From the NCBI RefSeq assembly GCF_017115095.1, contig NZ_JABXKI010000226.1, positions 7,148 to 39,147 on the forward strand: a stretch of 32,000 nt of DNA, written 5' to 3'. The notes beneath the pieces were generated by a model. The model ran no database searches and was not told the origin of the DNA. It saw nothing but the letters and a program-made list of their open reading frames with translations. A program made the translations under genes and the position numbers. Numbering within the stretch: the stretch's first letter is position 1; each line of letters begins with the position of its first letter. This document shows, in pieces, positions 7,470-17,298 of the stretch. The stretch comes from Nostoc sp. NMS4 (GTDB taxonomy: Bacteria; Cyanobacteriota; Cyanobacteriia; Cyanobacteriales; Nostocaceae).

Positions 7470-10400
7470 TTAGTCATCATTCTTGATTGTGCCAACTCCT
7501 TGATTATTGTTAAATATGGCGTTTGCAGCACCATAGATATTGACAAAAAATGTTTCATTGGGTTCAACTTTATTATCACCTCTAACGCCAATACTAATAA
7601 CTTTGCTGGTTTCGCCAGCGTTGAAAATAACTGTCCCCAATCCAAAGTTGTAATCCGAGTCAGATTCTTTGGCACTACCATCACTCGTACTGTAATTTAC
7701 AATCACCCGTTGAGAGAATTCATTAGAGAGAGTAACGACAAAATTAGCATTAGTTATCATCCCTGTTGTGCCTTCTTTGACTGATACATCTGCAATGCTA
7801 ATAGCTGGAGGCTGATCATCATTTGTAATAGTAGCCACTCCTAAGCTATCAGTAATCGTAGTGTTTATAGCACCGAAGAGATTGACAGAAAATGTCTCGT
7901 TATTTTCAGCTTTATTATCGCCGATGACACCAATACTAAGAGTTTTGCTAGTTTCGCCAGGATTGAAAACGATCGCCCCAGAAGCAGGGTTGTAATCCGA
8001 GTCAGAAACTTTAGCAGTACCATCACTGGTGTTGTAATTTACAGTAACCTGCTGAAAACTGGGTGCAGAGAGAGTGACGGTAAAGTTAGCATTAGTTGTT
8101 GTGCCTGTGTTACCTTCAACAACTGAGACATCCGAGATACCGATCGTTGTTTGGTTGTCATCATCAATGATATTACCAATACCTAAACTATCTGCGATCG
8201 CAGCATTGCTTGCACCCGAAAGATTGACAGAAAATGTCTCGTCAGTTTCAGTTTGATTATCACCGATGACACCAATATTAAGAGTTTTACTAGTTTCACC
8301 AGGATTGAAAGTAATCGTCCCCTGAGTAAAATTGTAATCAGAGTCAGCAACTTGAGCAGTGCCATCATTTGTGTTGAAATTTACACTAACCTGCTGAGAA
8401 CTAGGATTGGAGAGACTGATAGTAAAGTTAGCGTTAGTGGTTGTACCTGTGTTGCCTTCGGTAACTGAAACATCTGAAATATTGATAGTTGGTTGATTAT
8501 CATCATTGATAATGGTAGCAACTCCTAAACTATCTGCGATCGCGGCGTTTGTTGCACCCGAAAGATTGACAGAAAATGTCTCGTCAGTTTCAAATTGATT
8601 ATCACCGATGACACCAATATTAATAACTTTACTAGTTTCACCAGGATTGAAAATAATCGTTCCCTGAGTAAAATTGTAATCAGAGTCAGCAACTTGAGCA
8701 GTGCCATCATTTGTGTTGAAATTTACACTAACCTGCTGAGAACTAGGATTGGAGAGACTAATAGTAAAGTTAGCGTTAGTTGTTGTACCTGTGTTGCCTT
8801 CACTAACTGAAACATCCGAGATGTTGATAGTTGGTTGATTATCATCATTGATAATGGTAGCAACACCTAAATTATCTGCGATCGCAGCATTGCTTGCACC
8901 CAAAAGATTGACAGAAAATGTCTCGTCAGTTTCAAATTTGTTATCGCCGATGACACCAATACTAATAACTTTACTAGTTTCACCAGGAGCGAAAATAATC
9001 GTTCCCTGAGTAAAATTGTAATCAGAGTCAGCAACTTGAGCAGTGCCATCATTTGTGTTGAAATTTACACTAACCTGCTGAGAACTAGGATTGGAGAGAC
9101 TGATAGTAAAGTTAGCGTTAGTTGTTGTACTTGTGTTGCCTTCGTTAACTGAAACATCCGAGATACTGATAGTTGGTTGGTTGTCATCATCAACGATAGT
9201 ACCAACTCCTAAATTATCTGCGATCGCAGCATTTGTCGCACTTAAAAGATTGACAGAAAATGTTTCGTTGGTTTCAGCTTTGTTATCACCGATGACACCA
9301 ATACTAATAACTTTGCTAGTTTCCCCAGGATTAAAAGTAATTGTCCCTGAAGCCGAATTGTAATCAGAGTCACCAACTTGAGCAGTGCTATCACTCGTGT
9401 TGTAATTTACGGTAATCTGCTGATAACTGGCATTGGAGAGACTGATAGTAAAGTTAGCATTAGTTGTTGTGCTTGTATTGCCTTCGCCAACTGAAACATC
9501 TGAGATAGCGATCGTTGGTTGACTGTCATCATTGATGATAGTAGCAACACCTAAATTATCTGCGATCGCGGCATTTGTTGGAGCTAAAAGATTGACGGAA
9601 AATGTCTCGTCGGTTTCAAATTTGTTATCCCCTACAACACCAATGCTAAGGGTTTTACTCGTTTCACCGGGATTGAAAGTAATCGTACCTTGAGGAGAAT
9701 TATAATCAGAATCAGCAGCATTAGCAGTGCCATCACTCGTGTTGTAATTTACAGTAATCTGCTGTGAACTAGGATTGGAGAGACTGATAGTAAAGTTAGC
9801 GTTAGTTGTTGTACCTGTATTCCCTTCAGTAACTGAGACATCCGAGATGCTGATAGTTGGTTGGCTATCATCATTAATAATGTTTACTGTCGCTGAACTG
9901 TTAGTAATTGTAGAATTTGCCGGTGCAGCTGTGAGGTTGGGGTTACTCAGGTTAACAGTAATGCCTTCATTGAGTTCAAATGTATTGTCACCCAAAACAT
10001 CGACTGTAATTGTTTTTGTGGTTTCCCCAACAGCGAAGCTTAAAGTCCCAGATGCAGCAGTTCCTCCACCCGTCACTTGAATATTGTTATAGTCACTGCC
10101 AAAAGTTGCCGTACCGCCAAAAGCATAATCTACGGTGCTAGCTACGCCAACACCACCACTGCGAGTAACCGTAAAGCTAACAGCTTGAGTCCCGTTATTA
10201 CCTTCATTTAAACTTGAGGTGGCGGTAGAAATTCCATATTGAATCGCATCATTAGCAGCAATATTTAGAGTAGTTTCAGTTATTGTCCCCAAATCAGCCC
10301 CTGTTGGCGTGCCGAAGTTGAGTACAACTGTTTCTGCATTCTCAGGTAAATCGTCTGGGTTAATAGTAAAAGTAATTAGCTGTGTTAAATTTGAGCCTGT

Positions 10401-12866
10401 CGCCTCAGCAGTAAAGGAAATGGTAGCGGGGGAAAAAGTGTAATCGTTGCCACTGGTAGCCGTGCTACTATTTTTTACAACAATAGGAACTGTGACAGCA
10501 GTTTCGGGAGAGGCATCTAAGGTAACAGAAATAGTTACTGTAGTGGCGGTACTATCTTCTGTTGTATTGTATGTAGCAGCACCAAAGTTGACTTTTGGAA
10601 GCACATATTCAAATGCTCCAATGTCAATTCTCCCGCTTTCAACACGGTTAAAATCTGTACCGCGTTGGTCGGTAGTTAAGCCACCATTGTAAGTGGGATT
10701 ACCAGCATTTCTGGCAGGACTGTTAAAGTATAGAGCATGAGTTAGTGTCGAACCACCGTAATCTCCTAATGGTTTGAGTCCGGGGTTGGGATTAATAATA
10801 TCTGTACCCGTGCCCAGAGTCCCAGATATACCAGCAATTTTACCAATCAGGTTGTAAGCGTTACCATTGAAGTTATTACCAAAGACATCGACTCCTTGAT
10901 TGCCTGGGTCAATATTGCCAGCAATGATGCTATTGCTGATGTTCGCCGTACTCCCAGATTTATAAATGCCGCCACCATCACCTTGAGTATTGTTATCACT
11001 ATCAGCAGCGTTGCCAAAAATAGTGCTATTGCTGACTGTGGTATTATTGGTGCTGTAAATGCCACCACCATGAGTTTTTGCTGTATTGCTAGAAATAGTG
11101 CTATTGCTGATGATGACACTACCGTTACTAGCGTTACTGAAAATGCCGCCGCCATTGCTGTTAGCAGTATTGCCAGAAAGAGTACTATTGTTAACTGTGA
11201 CATTGGTGCTGTAGATGCCTCCCCCAAGGTTCGCTATGTTACCAAAAATACTGCTATCGCTGACTATGACACTACTGGTACTAAAAATGCCGCCGCCATT
11301 GCTGTTCGTAGTGTTGCCATAAAAAGTACTATTGCTGACTGTGACAATACTGTTGCTGGAGATGCCGCCACCGTTACTACTAGCTGAATTTCCCCCAGTG
11401 ATGTTTAACCCATCAATTGAGAGGGGGGCAGTGGCATTAAAAACACGGGAAGTATTGTTACCACTGATGGTAAGTTTATTAGCCCCAGTTCCTTGAATAA
11501 TCACTGCTTGAGAAACACTCAATTCCCCAGAAGTAAGGGTAATGGTGTCAGGGGTAGCATCACCAAATATTCCAGTCGTATCAAAGAGGATTGTCTCAAT
11601 CCCTGGATCATTATTGGCATTGATAATAGCTTGTCTTAAGGAGCCAACACCGCTATCATTGGTGTTAGTAACTATATAGATTGTGCCATCTACTTTGACA
11701 GATACATCGTCAATTGCTAGACCATGATCGTTCCCTCCATCATCTATATCTTCCCAACGCAATATAATCTCTTCACCGTTAGCTATTGGGGTAGCCAGGT
11801 TAAATATTACAGGCGCTATGACAGTTCGATTGGCAATTTGATTACCATTCAGGGAACCTACGGTTGCAGTTGCAATTGGCCCGGTGAAATCTAGCGATGT
11901 CACAGGTGTCCATGTTCCTGTTGTTAAATTTGTGAGAGTTGACCCAGTTTGATAACTGAACTTCAGCTGTTGCTGCGATGTATTACCACCATTACGCCAT
12001 TGCTCACCCGTATAATTTACTTGCAACTTCGTAATTGGTGAACCTGTATTATTTTGGAGGCGCAATCCATAATAAATACTTCCTGTAGCAGCGGAAGCTA
12101 CAGAACCAAGTGCGCGGTCTGTGGTTGTACCAAAACTGTACAATCCACCTGTATTATTAGTGCCAGAACCAAGGCTGTAAGTTGTTCTTGTGGAATACCA
12201 GCCGGAAATAGTTGAATCATTAACCCAAGCCGGTGTTCCAGAAGTATTTAATGTGTTGAAGTTTTGAGAATATATACCAGTAAAACTAGCTGGTAAAATC
12301 GATTGGTAAGCCTGTATTACTTCCGGTTTAAATGCCAGGGAAGCCTCAATTTTCCCTGTCTTCACTTCTAAATCCCAGTCGCCACCTAAAGCTGCACTTC
12401 CGGTTTTGCCAGTAGAAGCGGCAACATCTGCTCCAGTAATTTGGCTAATTTGCTGTACAAATTTTGCGCCTTCACCACTGGCTACATCACAGCCATAAAG
12501 TAGGATGTCAGCTTTATCAGTTAAAGCACTTCTCCACTTTTGTAACTGATTTTTGTAGCTGTCCAGGTTGCTAAGATTGAGGCTGCTTGACCCTAGTTGT
12601 AAACTTCCCGTGCTTCCGTGGGAAACAATATGAATTGATTGAACTGAATTTGATTCGCGTTTTGCTAGAAACTCGGTGATTTGTGCTAAACCATCTTTAT
12701 TAGCATCAAGAATAATGACTTCACTGCCGAGCGTGATACCAGCCATCAAGCTTTGGTAATCTATAACTTTTGGATCTATGAAAACAATATTTGTGCTTGC
12801 TTTGAGTATTTTTTTATGAGATTTATTTCTGGTGTTATGATGATGATTTTCTGGCAGAATTATCAT
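7470..12866 (-). CDS. giant multidomain surface/secreted protein: DUF4347-like N-domain, beta-rich module, parallel beta-helix (PbH1-like) region, 9 Calx-beta modules
   Basis: A 1798-aa uninterrupted ORF with an ATG start. The N-terminal IVFIDPKVIDYQSL...IHIVSHGSTGSLQLG resembles DUF4347. GVGSLRQAIINANND plus the repeated GGGI(F/Y)S..S.V.VSNST..GN units indicate a right-handed beta-helix. Nine modules carry the Calx-beta signature (DYN...GT(I/L).F.PGETSK.I.I.V.GD...E.(D/N)ETF.VNL). Confidence 0.9.
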   Translation of the reverse strand: MIILPENHHHNTRNKSHKKILKASTNIVFIDPKVIDYQSLMAGITLGSEVIILDANKDGLAQITEFLAKRESNSVQSIHIVSHGSTGSLQLGSSSLNLSNLDSYKNQLQKWRSALTDKADILLYGCDVASGEGAKFVQQISQITGADVAASTGKTGSAALGGDWDLEVKTGKIEASLAFKPEVIQAYQSILPASFTGIYSQNFNTLNTSGTPAWVNDSTISGWYSTRTTYSLGSGTNNTGGLYSFGTTTDRALGSVASAATGSIYYGLRLQNNTGSPITKLQVNYTGEQWRNGGNTSQQQLKFSYQTGSTLTNLTTGTWTPVTSLDFTGPIATATVGSLNGNQIANRTVIAPVIFNLATPIANGEEIILRWEDIDDGGNDHGLAIDDVSVKVDGTIYIVTNTNDSGVGSLRQAIINANNDPGIETILFDTTGIFGDATPDTITLTSGELSVSQAVIIQGTGANKLTISGNNTSRVFNATAPLSIDGLNITGGNSASSNGGGISSNSIVTVSNSTFYGNTTNSNGGGIFSTSSVIVSDSSIFGNIANLGGGIYSTNVTVNNSTLSGNTANSNGGGIFSNASNGSVIISNSTISSNTAKTHGGGIYSTNNTTVSNSTIFGNAADSDNNTQGDGGGIYKSGSTANISNSIIAGNIDPGNQGVDVFGNNFNGNAYNLIGKIAGISGTLGTGTDIINPNPGLKPLGDYGGSTLTHALYFNSPARNAGNPTYNGGLTTDQRGTDFNRVESGRIDIGAFEYVLPKVNFGAATYNTTEDSTATTVTISVTLDASPETAVTVPIVVKNSSTATSGNDYTFSPATISFTAEATGSNLTQLITFTINPDDLPENAETVVLNFGTPTGADLGTITETTLNIAANDAIQYGISTATSSLNEGNNGTQAVSFTVTRSGGVGVASTVDYAFGGTATFGSDYNNIQVTGGGTAASGTLSFAVGETTKTITVDVLGDNTFELNEGITVNLSNPNLTAAPANSTITNSSATVNIINDDSQPTISISDVSVTEGNTGTTTNANFTISLSNPSSQQITVNYNTSDGTANAADSDYNSPQGTITFNPGETSKTLSIGVVGDNKFETDETFSVNLLAPTNAAIADNLGVATIINDDSQPTIAISDVSVGEGNTSTTTNANFTISLSNASYQQITVNYNTSDSTAQVGDSDYNSASGTITFNPGETSKVISIGVIGDNKAETNETFSVNLLSATNAAIADNLGVGTIVDDDNQPTISISDVSVNEGNTSTTTNANFTISLSNPSSQQVSVNFNTNDGTAQVADSDYNFTQGTIIFAPGETSKVISIGVIGDNKFETDETFSVNLLGASNAAIADNLGVATIINDDNQPTINISDVSVSEGNTGTTTNANFTISLSNPSSQQVSVNFNTNDGTAQVADSDYNFTQGTIIFNPGETSKVINIGVIGDNQFETDETFSVNLSGATNAAIADSLGVATIINDDNQPTINISDVSVTEGNTGTTTNANFTISLSNPSSQQVSVNFNTNDGTAQVADSDYNFTQGTITFNPGETSKTLNIGVIGDNQTETDETFSVNLSGASNAAIADSLGIGNIIDDDNQTTIGISDVSVVEGNTGTTTNANFTVTLSAPSFQQVTVNYNTSDGTAKVSDSDYNPASGAIVFNPGETSKTLSIGVIGDNKAENNETFSVNLFGAINTTITDSLGVATITNDDQPPAISIADVSVKEGTTGMITNANFVVTLSNEFSQRVIVNYSTSDGSAKESDSDYNFGLGTVIFNAGETSKVISIGVRGDNKVEPNETFFVNIYGAANAIFNNNQGVGTIKNDD
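7473..9866. repeat. seven tandem 342-bp (114-codon) repeats encoding Calx-beta modules 3-9
   Basis: Shadow ORFs at 8183-8368, 8525-8710 and 8867-9052 are spaced exactly 342 nt apart. Protein modules 5-7 differ at only a few residues. A HIP1 site (GCGATCGC) recurs in most units. Confidence 0.9.
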
Positions 12867-13393
12867 AATTATTATCCTTAAATATAATTTGTTAGATTTA
12901 GCTAACTAGTATTTTTCGTGCATAACAAAATAGAAAGTGAATGACTATACATTCGCTTTCATACCCTAATTAAATCGGTATTAAACCTTTTATCTAATGA
13001 GACAAAACCGCAATATTTTTAGTTGTTATATAAGCACACACGCCTTGAATAAAGTTAGCTGTTTTTTAATCACAGGTTTGTTTATAGCAATTTATACTAA
13101 CTTTAGTGACAAGACAACTGCATTTACACTTAAATAACCATAGATTGGCTGAAATTTGAGTATATCTAGTTTATTAACAGTTCTGGTGCTACTAATCCTT
13201 TTTGGATAGCGAAAACTGGGGCTTAGGTGCGATCGCGTACTTCTAGTTTCGTACAATCTAGTATGGGCAGAAATCCAAACGGTTCCAGGAACCTTGATGA
13301 AAAACTATATTCAGTAAGTATACCGATAAATTTTGCTTGATTACCTTCATCAACCGGGGTAACTTAAATACTCTCTAACACCAAATTTCGTCT

Positions 13394-14521
13394 ATGCGCC
13401 TGACTTCACTCGATGTTTTTCGTGGCATTACCATCGCTGGAATGATTCTCGTCAATATGGCGAGTGTCGCAGATGATGTATATCCTCCCTTAGCCCACGC
13501 CGATTGGCACGGCTGCACACCAACGGACTTGGTATTTCCTTTCTTTCTCTTCATTGTCGGTGTAGCAATGACTTTCTCGCTGTCAAAATACACTGAAAGC
13601 AATAAACCAACCTCAGCTGTTTACTGGCGGATATTGCGCCGCGCCGCTATTCTCTTTGCCTTGGGATTGCTACTAAATGGCTTTTGGAATCAGGGTATTT
13701 GGACTTTTGATTTGAATAGCATCCGCATTATGGGAGTGTTGCAGCGCATCAGCCTTACCTATCTGCTGGCTTCCCTAGTTGTTCTCAACCTTCCGCGCAA
13801 AGGTCAATGGATACTAGCAGCAGTGCTACTCATTGGCTACTGGCTAATGATGATGTATGTCGCAGTGCCAGAATATGGTGCAGGAGTTTTGACGCGAGAA
13901 GGTAATTTTGGCGCTTATGTTGACCGCCTGATTATTCCCAAAGCACATTTATATAAAGGTGATGGTTTCAACTTTATGGGAGATCCAGAAGGACTTTTCA
14001 GTACTATTCCCGCCATAGTAAGCGTCCTCGCTGGCTACTTCACTGGTCAATGGATACGCACTCAACCTGTACAGTCACGTACAAGTATCGGTTTAGCATT
14101 ATTCGGAGTCGGTTGCTTAATTATCAGTTGGGCGTGGGGGTTGACATTCCCAATTAACAAAAAGCTGTGGACAAGTTCTTATGTAGTATTTACAACAGGT
14201 TGGGCGTTACTATTGCTAGCAGCTTGTTATGAATTTATCGAAGTACGGCTGATGCGTCGCTGGAGTAAACCTTTTGAAATTATGGGCTTAAATGCGATCG
14301 CTCTTTTCGTTGCATCGGTTTTGTTGATTAAAATTTTAGTCAAAACCACTATTGGCACTGGCAAAGACGCTCCCAGTACCTACAATTGGATTTACCAGAA
14401 CTTTTTTGCATCTTGGGCGGGAATGCTGAATGGTTCCCTGCTATTTGCCTTAGTCACCGTGTTGTTGTGGTGGGCTGTTGGTTTTCTGATGTATCGGCAA
14501 CGCTGGTTTCTGAAAGTATAA
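13394..14521 (+). CDS. HGSNAT-like / DUF1624-DUF5009 family membrane acyltransferase
   Basis: RLTSLDVFRGITIAGMILVN, then DWHGCTPTDLVFPFFLFIVGVA, plus about 10 further TM segments, matches the heparan-alpha-glucosaminide N-acetyltransferase-like family pattern. Confidence 0.75.
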   Translation: MRLTSLDVFRGITIAGMILVNMASVADDVYPPLAHADWHGCTPTDLVFPFFLFIVGVAMTFSLSKYTESNKPTSAVYWRILRRAAILFALGLLLNGFWNQGIWTFDLNSIRIMGVLQRISLTYLLASLVVLNLPRKGQWILAAVLLIGYWLMMMYVAVPEYGAGVLTREGNFGAYVDRLIIPKAHLYKGDGFNFMGDPEGLFSTIPAIVSVLAGYFTGQWIRTQPVQSRTSIGLALFGVGCLIISWAWGLTFPINKKLWTSSYVVFTTGWALLLLAACYEFIEVRLMRRWSKPFEIMGLNAIALFVASVLLIKILVKTTIGTGKDAPSTYNWIYQNFFASWAGMLNGSLLFALVTVLLWWAVGFLMYRQRWFLKV

Positions 14522-14792
14522 AAAAGATTTTTGTGGTTATTTACGTTTTAGTGTTTGTAATGTTACAACAGGTGTTAAGTGATAGATTTATAACACTTTA
14601 GGAACAAAGGCAATCGCAACTTTATCAATATCAATATTATTGGCGCGTTAATCTGCGCTTTCTTTAGCGAACCTACTTAAGTCCTGATATTGTTTCTAAG
14701 GGCAGAAGCGTCTACAGACTTATCTGTGCGTTGAAAATTCTTATTTCTTCTAATTCACTAAATTAATCCATAGAAAAATTGTGAGGTAATAG

Positions 14793-15491
14793 ATGCGTCG
14801 CATGAAATTTTGGGTATTTTTGCCAATTGCCCTAATATTCGGCTGCTCAGATCAACTGTTTCAATCTAACCCGTCTGTAGCCAACCCTAATCCAGCAGTA
14901 CAAACTAGTCCAACTTTATTAGCAAAGGCGAGTTACCTTTCACCATTAGAACAACAGGTAATTGTTGAAACAAATAAAGTAAGAATAAATCCGAAAGCAT
15001 ACCTTCCAATTATGGAAAACTATAGAAAGCGCTTTGAGGGGAACCGAGTCAAAATTTCTAATAATACCTATTTGCGAACTCAAGAAGGAGTTAAGGCAGT
15101 TGATGAAGCGATCGCATTTCTCAAATCAGCACGTCCTATGGGAGCGTTGAGTGCATCTAAAGGTATGTCTTTAGGAGCAAAAGACCACGTAAAAGACCAA
15201 GGCCCAAAAGGTGCTATAGGTCATGATGGTAGCGATGGTAGCAACCCATTTACTCGCATCAACCGCTATGGTACATGGCAAACAACCGCAGGGGAAAATA
15301 TCAGTTATGGGCCAAACAGCGCTCAAGATATTGTCATGCAATTAATTATTGATGATGGTGTGCGCGATCGCGGCCATCGAAAAAATATTTTCAACGGCGC
15401 TTTTAAAGTCTCTGGTGTTGCTTATGGAACTCACAAATCATATAGAACAATCTGTGTGATTGACTACGCTGGGGGGTATAGGGAGAAATAA
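14793..15491 (+). CDS. CAP/SCP/PR1-like domain lipoprotein
   Basis: The signal peptide carries a lipobox (LIFGCS). The CAP-domain pattern is present (ETNKVR..., GENISYG...[20 protein letters not shown]). An alternative start lies at 14802. Confidence 0.75.
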   Translation: MRRMKFWVFLPIALIFGCSDQLFQSNPSVANPNPAVQTSPTLLAKASYLSPLEQQVIVETNKVRINPKAYLPIMENYRKRFEGNRVKISNNTYLRTQEGVKAVDEAIAFLKSARPMGALSASKGMSLGAKDHVKDQGPKGAIGHDGSDGSNPFTRINRYGTWQTTAGENISYGPNSAQDIVMQLIIDDGVRDRGHRKNIFNGAFKVSGVAYGTHKSYRTICVIDYAGGYREK

Positions 15492-15557
15492 TTCGTAATT
15501 CGTAATGACGCTCGCGTCTCCCCTTGGGAGAAGACTCGCTAACGCTGCGCTAACGTA
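15490..15557. repeat. second copy of the AATTCGT-bounded dispersed repeat
   Basis: AATTCGTAATTCGTAATGACGC...GAAGACTCGCTAACGCTGCGCTAACGTA parallels 4175-4266. It contains the local palindromes GACGCTCGCGTC and TCTCCCCTTGGGAGA. It lies between convergent genes, so it may act as a bidirectional terminator. Confidence 0.65.
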
Positions 15558-15572
15558 GTTTTGAGTCTAGAT

Positions 15573-17243
15573 TTAGGCTCCGGGTTTGAAATAATCGAAG
15601 AGGCGATCGCCTGAATCTGCGCGAATTAATGCTACAACTACATCTGGTAAGCTGGCTAAACTGGGGTAAACCAAGTAACGCGGTTCCCAACGGGGGCGAA
15701 ACTTCTCTCTGTAGGCGTGTAGTCCCTTGAAATTGTAGAAGCGATTCAAATGGTCGTAAAGATAGTGCAACACTTTTTCCAAGCGGCGCGATTCGGGGTT
15801 GTCTCCAACTCCTGCTAGTGCAGAAAGACCGAAATTAAAGCTGTCGTAACCACCCTCTTTAAAATGCTGGAGCAGGGAAATAAAGAGAAAGTCCATTGTG
15901 CCATTTTCAAGAGATGAGCGATGTCGCATCATGTCAATAGTCGCTTCGTTAAGTTGGTACTCGCGGATAATGTTGGCAAAGGCGCTAATCTGACCTTCAG
16001 GATTATGCACCACAGCAATCTCGCACTCTCGCAGGTAAGCTTCATCAAACCAACCCAAAGAAAATTGTTTTTCTGAACCTTGTACCATCTTCAGCCATTC
16101 ATCACTCACAGGTTTGAGTTGGTGCAATAAATCATTAGCGATGGGTGGTTGGTAAAATTCGATTTGGTAGCCTAGTTTAGTTAAACGACTGATTGATGGT
16201 CTAAAGTTTTTACCGGCTTTACCTTGTAACGTAAAACTTTTTAAATCAACGATCGCTTCTTCTCCAATCTTGAGTACCTTAAACCCCAATGATTTGTAAA
16301 GCTCGACATCATCGGGCATAGTTTGGTAAAAGCCTGGATACCAATCATTGCGCTGGCAAAACTGCCAGAAAGCAATAATTGTCTCTTTGCGGTCTTCAAT
16401 GGGGCCGATGGGATCTCCTAATGCGATCGCACCGCGTCCTTTGGGAACATAAGCAATTACACTATTACCCGAAGGACTGAAATAATAACTTTTATCATTT
16501 AAGAGTGTGAGCGCTGCTAAAGAAGAACATCCATATTGCTCGACGATTTCTGTAACTTTTCTTCGCTCATTTGTAGTTGCGAGATTCCGCCAAAACACAG
16601 GTTGCAAGAGCATTATCATTGCATAAGTAACAGTACCGGCGGCAATAATATAGATAGAATTAGCAAAAAATTCTCCAAATCGGCTCTTTGGTTGCAGTCC
16701 CCAATTATCCTCGGTGAAGAACATCGCTAAAGTCTGAACTATGGCTTCACGCCAATTAAAATTCTCTGAAAATTTGCCATCTAATAAGTAAAATCCTATA
16801 GTTCCGTATGCCAAGGTAAATAATAAAGCGCCAATCAGCACTCTAACTCCCTGTGCAATAGAAGGACGGTCTGATTGCGCTGTGAAAAAATGGCGCATCA
16901 AGATTAATTGCACTAGCAAAACTCCAGAGAGTAGACTTTCTTCATAGTCCAGTCCCTTCAGCAAGTGGCTGCAAATAGAAATTACTAGTAAAGTAATGGT
17001 CAGTAACCAGGCGATTCTTTTTCGGCGTAATAAATTAGTCGCAAGTGTTAGTAAAACAAACCCGGTTAATGCTGCAAATATATGACCACTGGCACGAATT
17101 TCAAATGGTAAAAATTCCTTTAACCAGTGAGTTCGTCCATACAGGTTAGGTGTCACTGCTGATAATAAATTTACTACTCCGACTAAACCTGTTAGGAAAG
17201 CTGCACTCCAAAGTCCAATCCGAGTTTTTAAATTATTAGTCAT
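15573..17243 (-). CDS. aminoacyl-phosphatidylglycerol synthase half of MprF (6 TM + DUF2156/LPG-synthase C-domain)
   Basis: The N-terminal roughly 210 aa contain about 6 TM helices (LLSAVTPNLYGRTHWL..., LRRKRIAW...). The cytoplasmic C-domain resembles the MprF synthase domain (FSPSGNSVIAY...GDPIGP..., YDSFNFGLSALAG, FYNFKGLHAYREKFRPRWEPRYL). Confidence 0.8.
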   Translation of the reverse strand: MTNNLKTRIGLWSAAFLTGLVGVVNLLSAVTPNLYGRTHWLKEFLPFEIRASGHIFAALTGFVLLTLATNLLRRKRIAWLLTITLLVISICSHLLKGLDYEESLLSGVLLVQLILMRHFFTAQSDRPSIAQGVRVLIGALLFTLAYGTIGFYLLDGKFSENFNWREAIVQTLAMFFTEDNWGLQPKSRFGEFFANSIYIIAAGTVTYAMIMLLQPVFWRNLATTNERRKVTEIVEQYGCSSLAALTLLNDKSYYFSPSGNSVIAYVPKGRGAIALGDPIGPIEDRKETIIAFWQFCQRNDWYPGFYQTMPDDVELYKSLGFKVLKIGEEAIVDLKSFTLQGKAGKNFRPSISRLTKLGYQIEFYQPPIANDLLHQLKPVSDEWLKMVQGSEKQFSLGWFDEAYLRECEIAVVHNPEGQISAFANIIREYQLNEATIDMMRHRSSLENGTMDFLFISLLQHFKEGGYDSFNFGLSALAGVGDNPESRRLEKVLHYLYDHLNRFYNFKGLHAYREKFRPRWEPRYLVYPSLASLPDVVVALIRADSGDRLFDYFKPGA

Positions 17244-17282
17244 TTGTCATTTGTCATTTGTCATTTGTCATTTATCATTTGT
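17241..17282. repeat. CATTTGT heptamer array (6 units) abutting and including the MprF-synthase start codon
   Basis: CATTTGT x4, CATTTAT, CATTTGT, read directly. The first CAT is the complement of the ATG at 17243. Confidence 0.9.
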
Positions 17283-17298
17283 TTCGGAGTTAAAACTC

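Noticed and set aside
8183-9052. Series of 60-100-aa ORFs on both strands inside 7470-12866 (for example 8183-8368, 8525-8710, 8867-9052, 8253-8468, 9091-9363, 10847-11227)
   Set aside because: These are periodic shadow frames of the 342-bp Calx-beta repeats and the beta-helix region. They lie wholly within a 1798-codon ORF with clear domain signatures and give low-complexity translations.
13238-13255. Possible NtcA box GTA...TAC upstream of the acyltransferase gene (GTACTTCTAGTTTCGTAC)
   Set aside because: The spacing is N12, not the GTA-N8-TAC of the NtcA consensus.
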